From positions 63,530 through 127,529 of the forward strand of contig JAKSTP010000002.1 of the NCBI GenBank assembly GCA_024402505.1: a DNA stretch of 64,000 nucleotides, written 5' to 3'. Under the pieces are notes generated by a model that did not search any database, had not been told where the DNA came from, and worked only from the letters and a program-made list of their open reading frames with translations. This document shows, piece after piece, positions 1 through 10,646 of the stretch. Position 1 is the first letter of the stretch, and every line of letters starts with the position of its first letter. Source of the stretch: Treponema sp. (GTDB lineage Bacteria; Spirochaetota; Spirochaetia; Treponematales; Treponemataceae). A program made the translations under genes and the position numbers.

Positions 1-1
1 C

Positions 2-1006
2 ATGGATTCTGTTTACAACATTACTGACACACTTTACGAAGCCATTCAAATGGAAGGAATCAGTGTTTCCGGCGGTATTTCGGTTTTCCCTCATCATACT
101 GAATCAAAACAGGAATTGATTCGCTTTGCAGATATGGCAATCCACACGTCAAAACAGCAGGGCAAAAATCGATTTACTTTCTTCAATATTGAAATGGAAC
201 GGGTTTTTGTTCAGAAACTGACCATGCGCACAAAGATGAACACAGCTGTTCTTGATTCAAACTTTTCTCTTTACTATCAGCCTCAGTTTGATATTCAGAC
301 AAGCCAGCTCCGTGGATTCGAGGCCCTTATCCGCTGGGTAGATCCTGAACTTGGTGATATTCCGCCTTCAGTGTTTATTCCTCTGGCCGAAGAAAACGGT
401 CTCATCCTGCCTATTGGAAAATGGGTTTTAAATACTGCCATGGCCACTTTGAGAAACTGGCAAAAAAACTACAACTTCACCGGCATAATCTCTGTAAATA
501 TTTCACCTGTGCAGATGAAACAGGATAACTTTATTTTTGAACTCCGTGAACTTCTTAAAAAATACGACATCATTCCCGAATATATGGAAATTGAAATTAC
601 GGAAGGCGTTATGATCAATGATATGGAAGAAACCATTGAAAAACTGCGCCACATCAAAAATATGGGATTCCGTGTTTCACTTGACGACTTTGGTACAGGC
701 TATTCTTCGCTGAACTATCTTCAGGTTTTGCCGCTGAACACTTTGAAAATCGACAAATCCTTTATCAACAATATTACTTCCCGGGACGGAATTCAGGCCA
801 ACATTACAAGCTCCATTATCAACATGGTAAGCAAGATGGGACTAGAAACTATTGCGGAAGGTGTTGAACAGGACGACCAGCTGGACATGCTGAAGGGATT
901 CAACTGTAACATTGTTCAGGGATTCCTCCGGGGTAAACCAATGCCAACCAGCACTTGCGAAAGATATCTTTCGGGAGACAAGGACGCTCTACTGACAAAT
1001 CAGTAA
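2..1006 (+). CDS. GGDEF-EAL protein, C-terminal part (c-di-GMP phosphodiesterase EAL domain); 5' end lies outside the window
   Basis: EALIRW, ELEITE-like EIEITE, DDFGTGYSSL and IAEGVE motifs, preceded by the end of a GGDEF domain (ADMAIHTSKQQGKN). Confidence 0.93.
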   Translation: MDSVYNITDTLYEAIQMEGISVSGGISVFPHHTESKQELIRFADMAIHTSKQQGKNRFTFFNIEMERVFVQKLTMRTKMNTAVLDSNFSLYYQPQFDIQTSQLRGFEALIRWVDPELGDIPPSVFIPLAEENGLILPIGKWVLNTAMATLRNWQKNYNFTGIISVNISPVQMKQDNFIFELRELLKKYDIIPEYMEIEITEGVMINDMEETIEKLRHIKNMGFRVSLDDFGTGYSSLNYLQVLPLNTLKIDKSFINNITSRDGIQANITSSIINMVSKMGLETIAEGVEQDDQLDMLKGFNCNIVQGFLRGKPMPTSTCERYLSGDKDALLTNQ

Positions 1007-1042
1007 TATCTCCAAAATCTCCAATATCATATTTAGCCAATG

Positions 1043-1072
1043 AAAATCACCTGAAAATTCGGGTGATTTTTT
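1043..1072 (+). terminator. Rho-independent terminator
   Basis: AAAATCACCTGA-AAAT-TCGGGTGATTTT stem followed by a T-run, just after the EAL stop codon. Confidence 0.8.
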
Positions 1073-1225
1073 ATTTTTTTTCCCTCTTTTTGCCGAAAAC
1101 TCTTTTTGCACGCCATTCATATTAGTGACGGTGGATAAGAACCTGGTTTTTATCTGCTGTTTCTCTCGGCCGGAGATAAGTGCAATGCACTAAACACAAA
1201 CTATTTGGAAAAAGATGGAAAGACT

Positions 1226-1648
1226 ATGAATCAGTTAAACTCAATTATTTTAGAAGGAAACATTGTAAGAGAAAACACTTTGCGAGAACCAACACCAGGT
1301 TTCAAGGTATACCAGATCCCTCTGGCAGTAAACAGATTTTACAAGGGTGCAAATGGTGAAACCTCCGAAGAAGTGTCTTACTTTGATGTAGACTGTTACG
1401 GAAGACTTGCTGAAGTTTGCAAAGAACAGTGTAAAAAAGGACGTGGTGTGCGCGTGGTGGGGCGTATTAAACAGGACCGTTGGGAAAAAGATGGTCGAAA
1501 AGAAAGCAAAGTTGTGGTGGTGGCAGAACACATTGAATTCAAACCGGTTTTTGTGGCCAGCAACACAGACTCTGAAGCCAAAGTTATCCAGCAGACAGAA
1601 CAGGCCGCAGCGGCAGCACCTGTTACCGTTGAGGCAGCTGCCTGCTAG
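1226..1648 (+). CDS. ssb: Single-stranded DNA-binding protein
   Basis: MNQLNSIILEGNIVR...FDVDCYGRLAE...GRGVRVVGRIKQDRW OB-fold pattern; ATG at 1226 preferred over TTG at 1205. Confidence 0.9.
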   Translation: MNQLNSIILEGNIVRENTLREPTPGFKVYQIPLAVNRFYKGANGETSEEVSYFDVDCYGRLAEVCKEQCKKGRGVRVVGRIKQDRWEKDGRKESKVVVVAEHIEFKPVFVASNTDSEAKVIQQTEQAAAAAPVTVEAAAC

Positions 1649-1660
1649 ACATTTGCCGCC

Positions 1661-3928
1661 CTACTTTCGTTTAGTGTAAGAAGAGCGGTTACCTTTTTTC
1701 TGGGACTTGCCTCTAGGGGAAGGGCGCTGTCCCGGATTTTCTGCGGCCCTCTGGGCAGCGGCTTTGTATTCTTCCATTTTCTGAGGAGAGTAGAAGCCGT
1801 CTTTCCAGTTGAAGCGAGAAGTGTCTGGTAATGGCTGACCTTTCTGAAGAGATGTCATAATAGCCTTTATCTGGCTTTTTGAGACTTTTGTTTTTGAGAA
1901 GTCAACAAGGTACTTTTTGAAACCAGCCTGCTGGAGGAACTGAACCTTATCAAGAATGCTGAATGGTTGTTCTGGCATTACAAAGGATCCGTCTACAGTG
2001 GAGTTTACTTTGAAAAGAGAACCTTCTTTGTCTTCGAAGTAAGTAAAATCGTAATCTGATGGAAGTTTGAAGCGCATTCGGAACAAAGCCGGATAAGCGA
2101 AAACAGGAACCAGAACGCGAGAACGAACAGAAGTTTCGAAGGTAGCTTCCAGGTTGCGTCGGGAATTTTCGTATGGCATGATGAATGAAGAAGCATTTTG
2201 ATTTTCAAGCCATGATGCAGACCAACGGTTAAAAGAATATAAATATGGTCCGGCGATAACGTTGACCTTGTCTTTATATGTTTTGAGAATCTGAAGATGT
2301 GCCACGTTGTTTGCAACAAAAGAGGTGTATCCTTCTTTAACAAAACCGTCGATTAGTTCGGCTAAGGACTTTTCCTGTGACGAAGAAACAAATGGATCTA
2401 AGGACAGGAAGATCTGTTTTTTAGAGAAAGGCAAAACTGTTTTGTGAGCAAGCAAGTCGGCAAGAACTTCTGAGTTAAGCTCGAGAATCAAGCGAACCGG
2501 ATGCAAACCTTGTACAGCAAACACATCGGGAATTGATGAAACCTGTGCGTACAATCCGTCAGGAGCGTAGGCCAGTTCTTTGTTAGCCACCGGAGTAAGG
2601 TCGAGAACAGGGAGTCTTTCATCACCCGGTTGTTTTCTGTACTTTCCGATGTCGTGAGGCAGAACGTGATTGTAGCGTTTGCCGGCAGTTTTTGTCTGAA
2701 GCAGGTAAACACTGTCACCAAGGCCAAAGCCGCCTGGAATATCAATCCAGCGTTCTCCGTTGTCTTCGATTTCTACGGAACGCACTTTGTGGCTTACGCG
2801 GCCAGTATCATCTTTTTTATGGAGACGGATAGAATCCCCTGGATCAGGATCGTAAGAACCTCCTGACAGAAGAGCCATTTTTACACGGAGCTGTTCAGGT
2901 GGAATATCTGGAGAAGCATTGGCCATAACCTGTTCGATTACAGAATCATCAGCCTTTCTTGTTTTCTGGATTTTTCCAAGGTAAATACCAGTTCCACCGG
3001 CCTGATCAGGATTAAGAATCTTAGATCCGGCGTTATCAACACCTTCATCAAGAGTTTTAAAGCCATACCAGTAATTGGTTTTAGAACGAGCGAAATCGGA
3101 AGAAAGAATGCGTTTACCTGTAGCAATAGCACCTTTTCTGTCTTCTTCCCAGTGATCCATAACATAACGGTAAGCGGCAACTACGCTTCCAACATATTCG
3201 GCACTTTTCATACGGCCTTCAATCTTGAAAGAATCAACACCCACCTTCATAAGATCAGGAATCTGTTCAATAAGCTGTAAATCACATGGTGAGAAATAAT
3301 AACCCTGGCGTTCACCACCAGGCACTTCAGCAGTATAAAAACGGCGGCAGGCCTGTGTACACATACCGCGGTTGGCAGATTTTCCACCAAGGAAGCTTGA
3401 GAAAAGACAAAGCCCTGATTCGCTTACACAAAGAGCACCGTGTACAAAGACTTCAAGGTCGGCCCCGGTTTCTTCTTTAATTGCCTTGATTTCTTCAAGG
3501 TTCAGTTCTCGGGCCAGAACCACACGTTTAACGCCTTCTTTAATAAGAAGTTTTGTGGCAGCTGCACTTTCTACGTTCATCTGAGTTGATGCATGAAGCT
3601 CCAGATTTGGAAAGAATTCCTGACACATTCGGATTATGCCGAAATCCTGGACAATAAGTCCGTCGGGATGAACTTTATCAAGATAAGCCAGGAAACGGTA
3701 CAAACGCTCGGTCTCCCATTCTTCGCAAACTGTATTTACTGTAACGTAAATCTTCTTTCCACGACGATGAGCTGCTTCAACAGCGGCTTCAAACTGATTC
3801 CACGCAAAGTTGGTAGTTCGAAGACGAGCGTTGAAACTCTTGAGACCCATGTAAACTGCGTCGGCTCCTTCACCAAAAGCCGCATCCAATGATTCAATAT
3901 TACCCGCAGGTGCTAATAATTCTGCCAT
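1661..3928 (-). CDS. Peptidase U32 family protein (RlhA/TrhP-like)
   Basis: ELLAPAG, GADAVYMG, HASTQM, EVFVHGALC, SANRGMCTQACR and KIEGRMK motifs. Confidence 0.9.
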   Translation of the reverse strand: MAELLAPAGNIESLDAAFGEGADAVYMGLKSFNARLRTTNFAWNQFEAAVEAAHRRGKKIYVTVNTVCEEWETERLYRFLAYLDKVHPDGLIVQDFGIIRMCQEFFPNLELHASTQMNVESAAATKLLIKEGVKRVVLARELNLEEIKAIKEETGADLEVFVHGALCVSESGLCLFSSFLGGKSANRGMCTQACRRFYTAEVPGGERQGYYFSPCDLQLIEQIPDLMKVGVDSFKIEGRMKSAEYVGSVVAAYRYVMDHWEEDRKGAIATGKRILSSDFARSKTNYWYGFKTLDEGVDNAGSKILNPDQAGGTGIYLGKIQKTRKADDSVIEQVMANASPDIPPEQLRVKMALLSGGSYDPDPGDSIRLHKKDDTGRVSHKVRSVEIEDNGERWIDIPGGFGLGDSVYLLQTKTAGKRYNHVLPHDIGKYRKQPGDERLPVLDLTPVANKELAYAPDGLYAQVSSIPDVFAVQGLHPVRLILELNSEVLADLLAHKTVLPFSKKQIFLSLDPFVSSSQEKSLAELIDGFVKEGYTSFVANNVAHLQILKTYKDKVNVIAGPYLYSFNRWSASWLENQNASSFIMPYENSRRNLEATFETSVRSRVLVPVFAYPALFRMRFKLPSDYDFTYFEDKEGSLFKVNSTVDGSFVMPEQPFSILDKVQFLQQAGFKKYLVDFSKTKVSKSQIKAIMTSLQKGQPLPDTSRFNWKDGFYSPQKMEEYKAAAQRAAENPGQRPSPRGKSQKKGNRSSYTKRK

Positions 3929-3950
3929 ACGGGTAATATAACAGAAAAGA

Positions 3951-5096
3951 TTATTTTAATATACCAACAAATCCGTCTGACACAGGGGAAATGCTCCAAT
4001 TATCGGCACTGAAAGGGATTGTTTCGGGGATTTCCTCATTCCGTAAAATCTTTTCGGAAAGCTCCAGAAGGCCGGTTCTGTACAGGGAAAGTGATGCCGT
4101 TAGCTTCTGCCCTTTTGCCGCACTGGAAATTTTTGCAGAAGGGAAAATGCCTTGTGTAAGGGCAAGCTGGGCGTAATCCTGCTGAAGGGGCTTTTTCCAT
4201 TCTTCAAGGCCGTCTTCCGCATACATAAGGCCGTCCAGAATTTTGCCATCGCAGGTGTTCACAAGGAGAAGCACGTCGGTTTTGTCGCCGTAATGTGCCT
4301 TGTCTTCGGTGCCCCAAAGGTCACGGCAATGGTCATAAGAGTAAGGTGCAGTGGACAGAGTAAGGTCATCTCCAAGTTCCGACACTGTACCAGCCCCTCG
4401 AAGCCGGGGATGAAGGACAATTATCTGTCCGGCTTCAACCTCGATTGGCGGAAAGTAGAAATCCCGGGCCTCTCCGTCGTAACCGCTTTTTACTGCAAGT
4501 CCCGCAAGATTTCCAGACTTTGCTACAAAAAATTCAATCAGTTCACTTTTATAAACGCCTGCCGCCTTTTCTGCATTGTTCTGGGTTTTAAGCTGGGTTC
4601 GTATTTCGCTAAAAAGCAGAAGAGGAACACGGGAATTGTAGCCTATGAAAGGCAGGGCAAAAGTAAGGGTAGATCCGGTTTTATCCTCCGTTTCACCATA
4701 AAGGATGTACTCCTTTCCCACCTGGGTTGCTTCCATTGAAATGCGCACCAGCCGGCCTTTGTCTTCCACAGAATAATCCGCCACCAGTCGCCCCGAAAGT
4801 CCTGCCGCATCTTCAAGCTGCGGGTTCAGGTCTGTCTCAGAGATGAACTCCATTTTTTCATTTCCCAAAAGCTTTTCCGAAACTACAAGGCCGTTTACCT
4901 TCACCGAGTCGGAAAATGCCAGCTCTAGTTCTGTGTCGGAAACAACACGAAAATCATCAATAACCGGACAGGTGTAATCTGCCCCAATAATCTGAATGCC
5001 CTCCGGTGTAACCCTGCAGGAAACAGGAAAAACCGAAAACATAATGATACAAACAAGGCCTGCCACCTGAACAAACCAAACTGCAAATCTTTTCAA
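3951..5096 (-). CDS. Hypothetical lipoprotein with lamin-tail-like domain
   Basis: Signal peptide ending FPVS-C (spirochetal lipobox); LLFSEI...SELIEFF..GNLAGL resembles an LTD pattern. Confidence 0.5.
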   Translation of the reverse strand: MKRFAVWFVQVAGLVCIIMFSVFPVSCRVTPEGIQIIGADYTCPVIDDFRVVSDTELELAFSDSVKVNGLVVSEKLLGNEKMEFISETDLNPQLEDAAGLSGRLVADYSVEDKGRLVRISMEATQVGKEYILYGETEDKTGSTLTFALPFIGYNSRVPLLLFSEIRTQLKTQNNAEKAAGVYKSELIEFFVAKSGNLAGLAVKSGYDGEARDFYFPPIEVEAGQIIVLHPRLRGAGTVSELGDDLTLSTAPYSYDHCRDLWGTEDKAHYGDKTDVLLLVNTCDGKILDGLMYAEDGLEEWKKPLQQDYAQLALTQGIFPSAKISSAAKGQKLTASLSLYRTGLLELSEKILRNEEIPETIPFSADNWSISPVSDGFVGILK

Positions 5097-5224
5097 AACT
5101 ACCTCCGAAAAATTAATATCCCCTCATATAGTTAATGGTTTTTTTTCGCGTTTTTCGGCAAGAATTTCAGGGATTTTTAAAAAAAAGTGCGAAAAAAGTT
5201 GATTTTTTTTCTATAATATTGATT

Positions 5225-6190
5225 ATGAGTGACTGCAAATCAATTTGGGAAAAAATTAAAACGGAATCCGAGAAGCGCCTTGTGGGACAGCAGGATTTAA
5301 TCAAAGACATGCTTATCGCCTTTGTTGCCGGCGGACATGTACTTATAGAAGGTGTGCCGGGCCTTGCAAAAACCCTGGCCGTAAAAACTTTCAGCGAAAT
5401 GCTGGACTTGAATTTCAAACGCATCCAGTTTACTCCTGACCTTCTGCCAGCCGACGTTACCGGCACTCTTATCTACGAACAGAACACAGGAAAATTTTCA
5501 GTTCGAAAAGGACCTGTTTTTTCAAACGTTGTTCTTGCCGATGAAATCAACCGTGCCCCTGCAAAAGTACAGTCAGGTATGCTGGAAGCCATGGAAGAAA
5601 AACAGGTTACCATTGGTGAACAGTCTTACAGTCTGCCTGATCCATTTTTTGTGCTGGCAACCCAGAACCCTATTGAACAGGAAGGAACCTACAATCTGCC
5701 TGAAGCCGAACTGGACCGTTTCCTTATGAAACTGATTGTGGGCTATCCAAAACCTCAGGATGAAATCAACATTGTAAAAACTGCAGGAAAGGCCATCAGC
5801 ATTCCTGTAAAAAAAGTAGTTTCAGCTGCCGATCTTAAAACGCTTCGGGAAGAAAGCGAAAATGCCCGATGTGATGAAAAACTTGTGGAATACATCGTAA
5901 ATATTCTTACAGTAACCCGCCCTGATGAAAACCGTCAGAGTCACTCTCGAAATGACATTACCCAGTACATCACCTTTGGTGCTTCTCCACGTGCGGGAAT
6001 TGCCCTTCTGCAGTGCGCCCGGGTTCATGCCGTTCTTGAAGGCCGGGATTTTGTTCTGCCGGAAGATGTTAAGGCCGTTGCGTTGAATGTTCTGCGCCAC
6101 CGTCTGGTTCTTTCTTACGAGGCAAATGCTGATGGAATTACCGCCGATCAGATTATCACTAGAATTCTTGAAAACATTCCTCTTCCTTAA
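5225..6190 (+). CDS. moxR: MoxR family AAA+ ATPase
   Basis: GVPGLAKT Walker A, RIQFTPDLLPAD, LADEINRAPAKVQS, ATQNPIEQEGTY; ATG at 5225. Confidence 0.95.
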   Translation: MSDCKSIWEKIKTESEKRLVGQQDLIKDMLIAFVAGGHVLIEGVPGLAKTLAVKTFSEMLDLNFKRIQFTPDLLPADVTGTLIYEQNTGKFSVRKGPVFSNVVLADEINRAPAKVQSGMLEAMEEKQVTIGEQSYSLPDPFFVLATQNPIEQEGTYNLPEAELDRFLMKLIVGYPKPQDEINIVKTAGKAISIPVKKVVSAADLKTLREESENARCDEKLVEYIVNILTVTRPDENRQSHSRNDITQYITFGASPRAGIALLQCARVHAVLEGRDFVLPEDVKAVALNVLRHRLVLSYEANADGITADQIITRILENIPLP

Positions 6191-6213
6191 GATTTTCAAA
6201 TCTTCTATAAGAT

Positions 6214-7179
6214 ATGCACAATACCGATCACCTTGCTAAAAAATCAAAGCTCCTCAGACTGAATGCACAGAACCTGGCAGAAGGAATGAAACTGGGAAAT
6301 TTCCGGTCTTTGTTTCGCGGTCAGGGCATTGAGTTTTCTGGCGTTCGCGATTATGTCCGTGGTGATGATGTGCGCTCAATTGACTGGAACGTTACCGCCC
6401 GAATGGCCCGCCCTTTTGTAAAGGTTTTTGAAGAAGAACGGGAACTTCAGATCTTTCTTGTGGTAGATTCCTCACTTTCCATGAAAACAGGAAGCCGTAA
6501 ACGCAGCAAGCTTGAATGTGCCTGTGAAGCGGCAAGTTTAATTACCCTGGCATCGGAAATCAATTCAAGTCCTGTGGGAATGGTTCTTTTTGATGGAGCC
6601 ACCTCTTTTTCCTGCGTGCCACGTACAGGCCGCGAACAGATCATGCACATTTTGAATCGTCTGGATAAAAGTGATGATAAGGACAGTGATTCCCGGCAGG
6701 GGCATTCTCAAGGGCATTCCCAGGAGATTTTGGAAAGTTCACAGAAAGGTTCTGCTTTGGGACAGGCAATTTCAGTAGCGTCGCGAATGCTGAACAAAAG
6801 GTCCCTTGTTTTTATTCTTTCAGATTTTTTAGTGGCCCCGGAACTTTACCAGAAACAGCTTGGTATTCTTTCACAAAAAAATGATGTGATTGCCATAAGA
6901 TTGACGGGAGATTCCGACAAAAGTCTTCCAAAATTCGGAACTGTGCCTTTCATGGATGTAGAATCCGGCGAAACATTGCGGCTGCCAACCGGCTCTCGTC
7001 GTTTTGAAAAAGAATGGGCCGCCGACTACCAGCGCCGGGAAAAAATCTGGCACGATTTCTGCATCAAGCACAATATACGGCCGGTACTCATGAAAAGCAC
7101 CGACGATGAATTCCACGTGCTTCAGACACTTTTTTCACAGAAACTCACCGGCACAAAAAATACGGGGCGCAGCTTATGA
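6214..7179 (+). CDS. DUF58 domain protein (Bat operon)
   Basis: GIEFSGVRDYVRGDDVRSIDWNVTAR...VKVFEEERE motif, directly after moxR. Confidence 0.92.
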   Translation: MHNTDHLAKKSKLLRLNAQNLAEGMKLGNFRSLFRGQGIEFSGVRDYVRGDDVRSIDWNVTARMARPFVKVFEEERELQIFLVVDSSLSMKTGSRKRSKLECACEAASLITLASEINSSPVGMVLFDGATSFSCVPRTGREQIMHILNRLDKSDDKDSDSRQGHSQGHSQEILESSQKGSALGQAISVASRMLNKRSLVFILSDFLVAPELYQKQLGILSQKNDVIAIRLTGDSDKSLPKFGTVPFMDVESGETLRLPTGSRRFEKEWAADYQRREKIWHDFCIKHNIRPVLMKSTDDEFHVLQTLFSQKLTGTKNTGRSL

Positions 7180-8066
7180 GTGATTTGAATCAGGTTGTTG
7201 TTCCAAAAACAGTTTTTATCGGTGATAAGGCTGAACTCCACATTTCCCTGCTTTCTTTGGGAAAAAACGTTTCTTCATTTGAGGCAGGACCACTTCCGGT
7301 TTCGGCTTTTCTTGGTGAAATTGATGAAAACCTGTATTCCATTACCCAGGTGCACTTTGTAAAAACCTCCGGCGGTGCAGATCTTGTAATCAGTTTTACT
7401 CCATGGGTAACAGGTGAAATCAAACTGCCGCCTTACCGCCTTTCTGATGAAATTTTGGTTTCTTCGGATCCTGTAAAAATTGAATCAATTCTGGAAAACC
7501 AGGGAACTTCCACTCTGCAGCCGGCTCTTCCTGTAAAATTTATGCCGGGCACAATCACAAAAATCTGGCTCAATGGAGTTGTTCTTCTGGTGCTGATGCT
7601 GGCCATTGTAAGGCTGGTGATTAAACGAAAAGATGTTGCGCTTTTTATTAAAAATCAGAAACTGAAGCGGTATTATAAAAAGAACCGTAAATCTGCAGAA
7701 AAACAGATTCGTGATGTGATTAGAAATACCAGCGGAAATCTTACTGCCGGCGAAAAAGCGGCCGCCCTTCAAAAAATCATGCGTGTTTACCTTGAAAACC
7801 GATTCGGCTGGCCTTTTACAAAAGCAGAAACTTCCCGCATTATGAAGGGATTTGATCAGGTTTATCAGGGGCTTCTTTCGGAAGAAAAATCTTTTGCCGT
7901 TGAAGATCTAGTGGGCTTTTTTGTTCGCACCGACTATCTTCGATACGGCCGGCCGGAAAATTCTTCATCTCCACAGGATTTGGACAAAGAGTTTTCAGAA
8001 ACAGAAAACAAACTTTCTTCTATAATCAACATTCTTGAAAGTGAAACGGGAGGTGCTGATGCTTAG
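7176..8066 (+). CDS. Bat-operon single-pass membrane protein
   Basis: One TM helix; ATGA overlap with the DUF58 gene; position between DUF58 and the VWA genes. Confidence 0.65.
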   Translation: MSDLNQVVVPKTVFIGDKAELHISLLSLGKNVSSFEAGPLPVSAFLGEIDENLYSITQVHFVKTSGGADLVISFTPWVTGEIKLPPYRLSDEILVSSDPVKIESILENQGTSTLQPALPVKFMPGTITKIWLNGVVLLVLMLAIVRLVIKRKDVALFIKNQKLKRYYKKNRKSAEKQIRDVIRNTSGNLTAGEKAAALQKIMRVYLENRFGWPFTKAETSRIMKGFDQVYQGLLSEEKSFAVEDLVGFFVRTDYLRYGRPENSSSPQDLDKEFSETENKLSSIINILESETGGADA

Positions 8067-9060
8067 TTTCCAGACTCCAGCCGCCTTCCTTCTTGTTCTG
8101 CTGATTCCTCTTTTTTATATTCTGCGCCACTCAGGATTTTTCAAAAAACTTACGGTGCCTGCAAATCTTGGAGACTGGGGCGCACCGCTTTTTGCCTGGC
8201 ACGATCCAAAACGCCGCGTTCTTCACGTTCTGTCAAAAATTCTTGTAAATATTGCATTTGCCCTGGTAGTTTTTGCACTGGCCGACCCTGTTATTTACCG
8301 CCAGGAAAAGATTTACACTACCCTTGGAACCGACATTGTTTTTGTAATCGATACAAGCCCTTCCATGGCAGCCACAGAAAGTGACGGTCGTACTCGCCTT
8401 GAATCCTGCCGTGAAGCCGTAAAGCAGCTTTCTTTGGAAACCCAGGGAGCACGTCTTGGTATTGTGGCCATGGGCAGTCAGGCGGCAGTGATTGTTCCGC
8501 CTACAATGGATCATCAGGTTTTTTCTGCCCGCCTTGCATCCATGGAAAACGGAAGTATGGGTGACGGAACTGCCATTGGAACAGGCATTTCTACCGCGGT
8601 TTACCATCTTATTTCCAGCAAAGCACCCCGAAGAGTAATCATTTTGATGACGGACGGTGAAAACAACGGAGGAGAAGTTCATCCTGAAACTGCCGCTTCT
8701 CTTTGCCGTGAACAAGGAATTTCCCTCTACATTCTGGGCGTTGGTTCCCGAGGTCCCGTTCCAATTGATTACACTGATCCTGTAACCGGAAAAACTTACT
8801 CGGCAATTTTGAATTCCGATTTTGATTCTGCATCCCTGAAAAAAATTGCCCGGGCCGGAAACGGACGTTATTTCGAGCTGGTTTCCTTCGAAAATCTTTC
8901 ACGGGGACTTTCTAAAATTGTAAACGATGAATCTGTGGCCCAAAGCTGGACTTACAAGACCCGCTATTCATCTTATTCCGACAGGTGTCTTTTATGGGCA
9001 CTTCTGGCCTTTGCACTTTCCATCGTGATTAAGCGCCTTTTCCTGAACGAGGTGGTGTAA
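8059..9060 (+). CDS. batA: VWA domain protein, BatA-like
   Basis: N-terminal TM helices, MIDAS DTSPSM, DGTAIGTGI, ILMTDGENNGG. Confidence 0.85.
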   Translation: MLSFQTPAAFLLVLLIPLFYILRHSGFFKKLTVPANLGDWGAPLFAWHDPKRRVLHVLSKILVNIAFALVVFALADPVIYRQEKIYTTLGTDIVFVIDTSPSMAATESDGRTRLESCREAVKQLSLETQGARLGIVAMGSQAAVIVPPTMDHQVFSARLASMENGSMGDGTAIGTGISTAVYHLISSKAPRRVIILMTDGENNGGEVHPETAASLCREQGISLYILGVGSRGPVPIDYTDPVTGKTYSAILNSDFDSASLKKIARAGNGRYFELVSFENLSRGLSKIVNDESVAQSWTYKTRYSSYSDRCLLWALLAFALSIVIKRLFLNEVV

Positions 9061-10646
9061 TGGGTAAAGTGATTTTTGCACATCCTTTGTGGCTGTGGGC
9101 ATCGGTTTTTGTAGTGCCGGCCCTTGCTTTTATGTGGTACAAAACCTCTACAATTGAAGGAAAAGCTATCCGCCGGAGAGTCCGCATCAGATCGATTTTC
9201 TTCTCACTTGCCTGGTTCAATCTTGTTGTTGCAGCTGCAGGCATTTCCTGGGGTTCCTATCTTGTTGGCGTGCAGAAAAGCAGCAACGGTGTGGCCATGG
9301 TTTTTGACGTTTCCAATTCCATGCTGGCAAAAGATACAAAAAACGGCAGCACAAGATTGAAAACTGCTTCCCAGTACGCAAAACTTCTTATGGAAAAGTC
9401 GGAAGGTACTAGTTTTTCTGTAATTCTTGCAAAGGGCGACGGCATTACGGCAGTTCCTCTTACTCAGGATTATCAGCTGATTGATTCCCTTCTGGAAGTA
9501 CTTTCTCCAAATCTTATGTCGGCTCCTGGAACCAGCCTTTACAACGGCATTGAAGCAGCCCTTGAATCATTTCCGGAAAACTTTTCTTACGCACCTCATA
9601 TCTGGGTGTTTACCGACGGTGAAGAAACTGAAAGCCGCCTTGAAAATGCCATGGGCCTTTGCATGGAAAAAGGTGTTCCTCTTACAATCATAGGATTTGG
9701 AAGCACGGAAGGATGTGATGTTCTTTCAGGGGATGGAACCACTCTTGTTCATTCAAGCATGCAGAAGGATACCATTCTTTCGGAGATTCAGAACAGCCGT
9801 TCAAAAATGGGAAAACGATTTGAAGCCGTTTCATGCAGTTTTGTTGAGGCTGAAGAAAAAGGCAGCGCTGCAGAACTTCTGTCACCTTTGAAGGCAGAAA
9901 GTACGGCAAATAAAAACACATCTTTTTCGGCCTTTGAAACCCGTGACCGTCCCCGCTACAAACTTTTTATTGTGGCAGCACTTTTGTGGCTTGTAACAGG
10001 CATTTTTGTTTCAGAAAAACGAAAGTCCGCCTTAATCCTTCAGTCACTTTTAATCATGATGATTTTTACGGGCTGTAAAGAATCAAAGCCGGTCTCAAAA
10101 TCTTCTGCAAAAAATCTTATTGCCAGGGCAGGTTTTCAGTATCACAATTCAGATTACAACAGTGCCATTGCAAAATACAAAACAGTCATTGAGGCCTTTG
10201 AAAATGAAAATCCGGCTTTTATCAGGGACTATGGACTTTTCAATTTAGGAACCACTTATCTTGTTGAAGGTGAAACTGCTGCCGCCATGGAAAAATACGA
10301 TGAAATCTCTTCCGAAACCGACCAGCGAATCCTTTTTGCAGTGCTTTACAATCGGGGAGTTGTTGCCTACGAAAGCGGAAATTTTGACACGGCCCGGGAG
10401 TATTTTAAGGGAGCCTTAAAAATTGACAGCACTGACCTTCACGCAAAAATCAACCTGGAGCTCTCCATTTCCAAAAATGAATCCATGGGCCGCCAGAACG
10501 AAAGCCTTATGACAGGGGCTTCCAATAATCACGAAGAAAATGCCGGGGGTGAACACTCCCTTTTTGAACACCTTAAGGAGAACGACAGAAAACAATGGAA
10601 AAATTCCGAATCAACTTCCGACGCCGATTTGTCCAAAGATTACTAA
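9060..10646 (+). CDS. VWA + TPR protein (BatB/BatC-like fusion)
   Basis: DVSNSM MIDAS, VFTDGE; C-terminal TPR repeats (YNRGVVAYESGNFDTA...AKINLEL). Confidence 0.82.
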   Translation: MGKVIFAHPLWLWASVFVVPALAFMWYKTSTIEGKAIRRRVRIRSIFFSLAWFNLVVAAAGISWGSYLVGVQKSSNGVAMVFDVSNSMLAKDTKNGSTRLKTASQYAKLLMEKSEGTSFSVILAKGDGITAVPLTQDYQLIDSLLEVLSPNLMSAPGTSLYNGIEAALESFPENFSYAPHIWVFTDGEETESRLENAMGLCMEKGVPLTIIGFGSTEGCDVLSGDGTTLVHSSMQKDTILSEIQNSRSKMGKRFEAVSCSFVEAEEKGSAAELLSPLKAESTANKNTSFSAFETRDRPRYKLFIVAALLWLVTGIFVSEKRKSALILQSLLIMMIFTGCKESKPVSKSSAKNLIARAGFQYHNSDYNSAIAKYKTVIEAFENENPAFIRDYGLFNLGTTYLVEGETAAAMEKYDEISSETDQRILFAVLYNRGVVAYESGNFDTAREYFKGALKIDSTDLHAKINLELSISKNESMGRQNESLMTGASNNHEENAGGEHSLFEHLKENDRKQWKNSESTSDADLSKDY

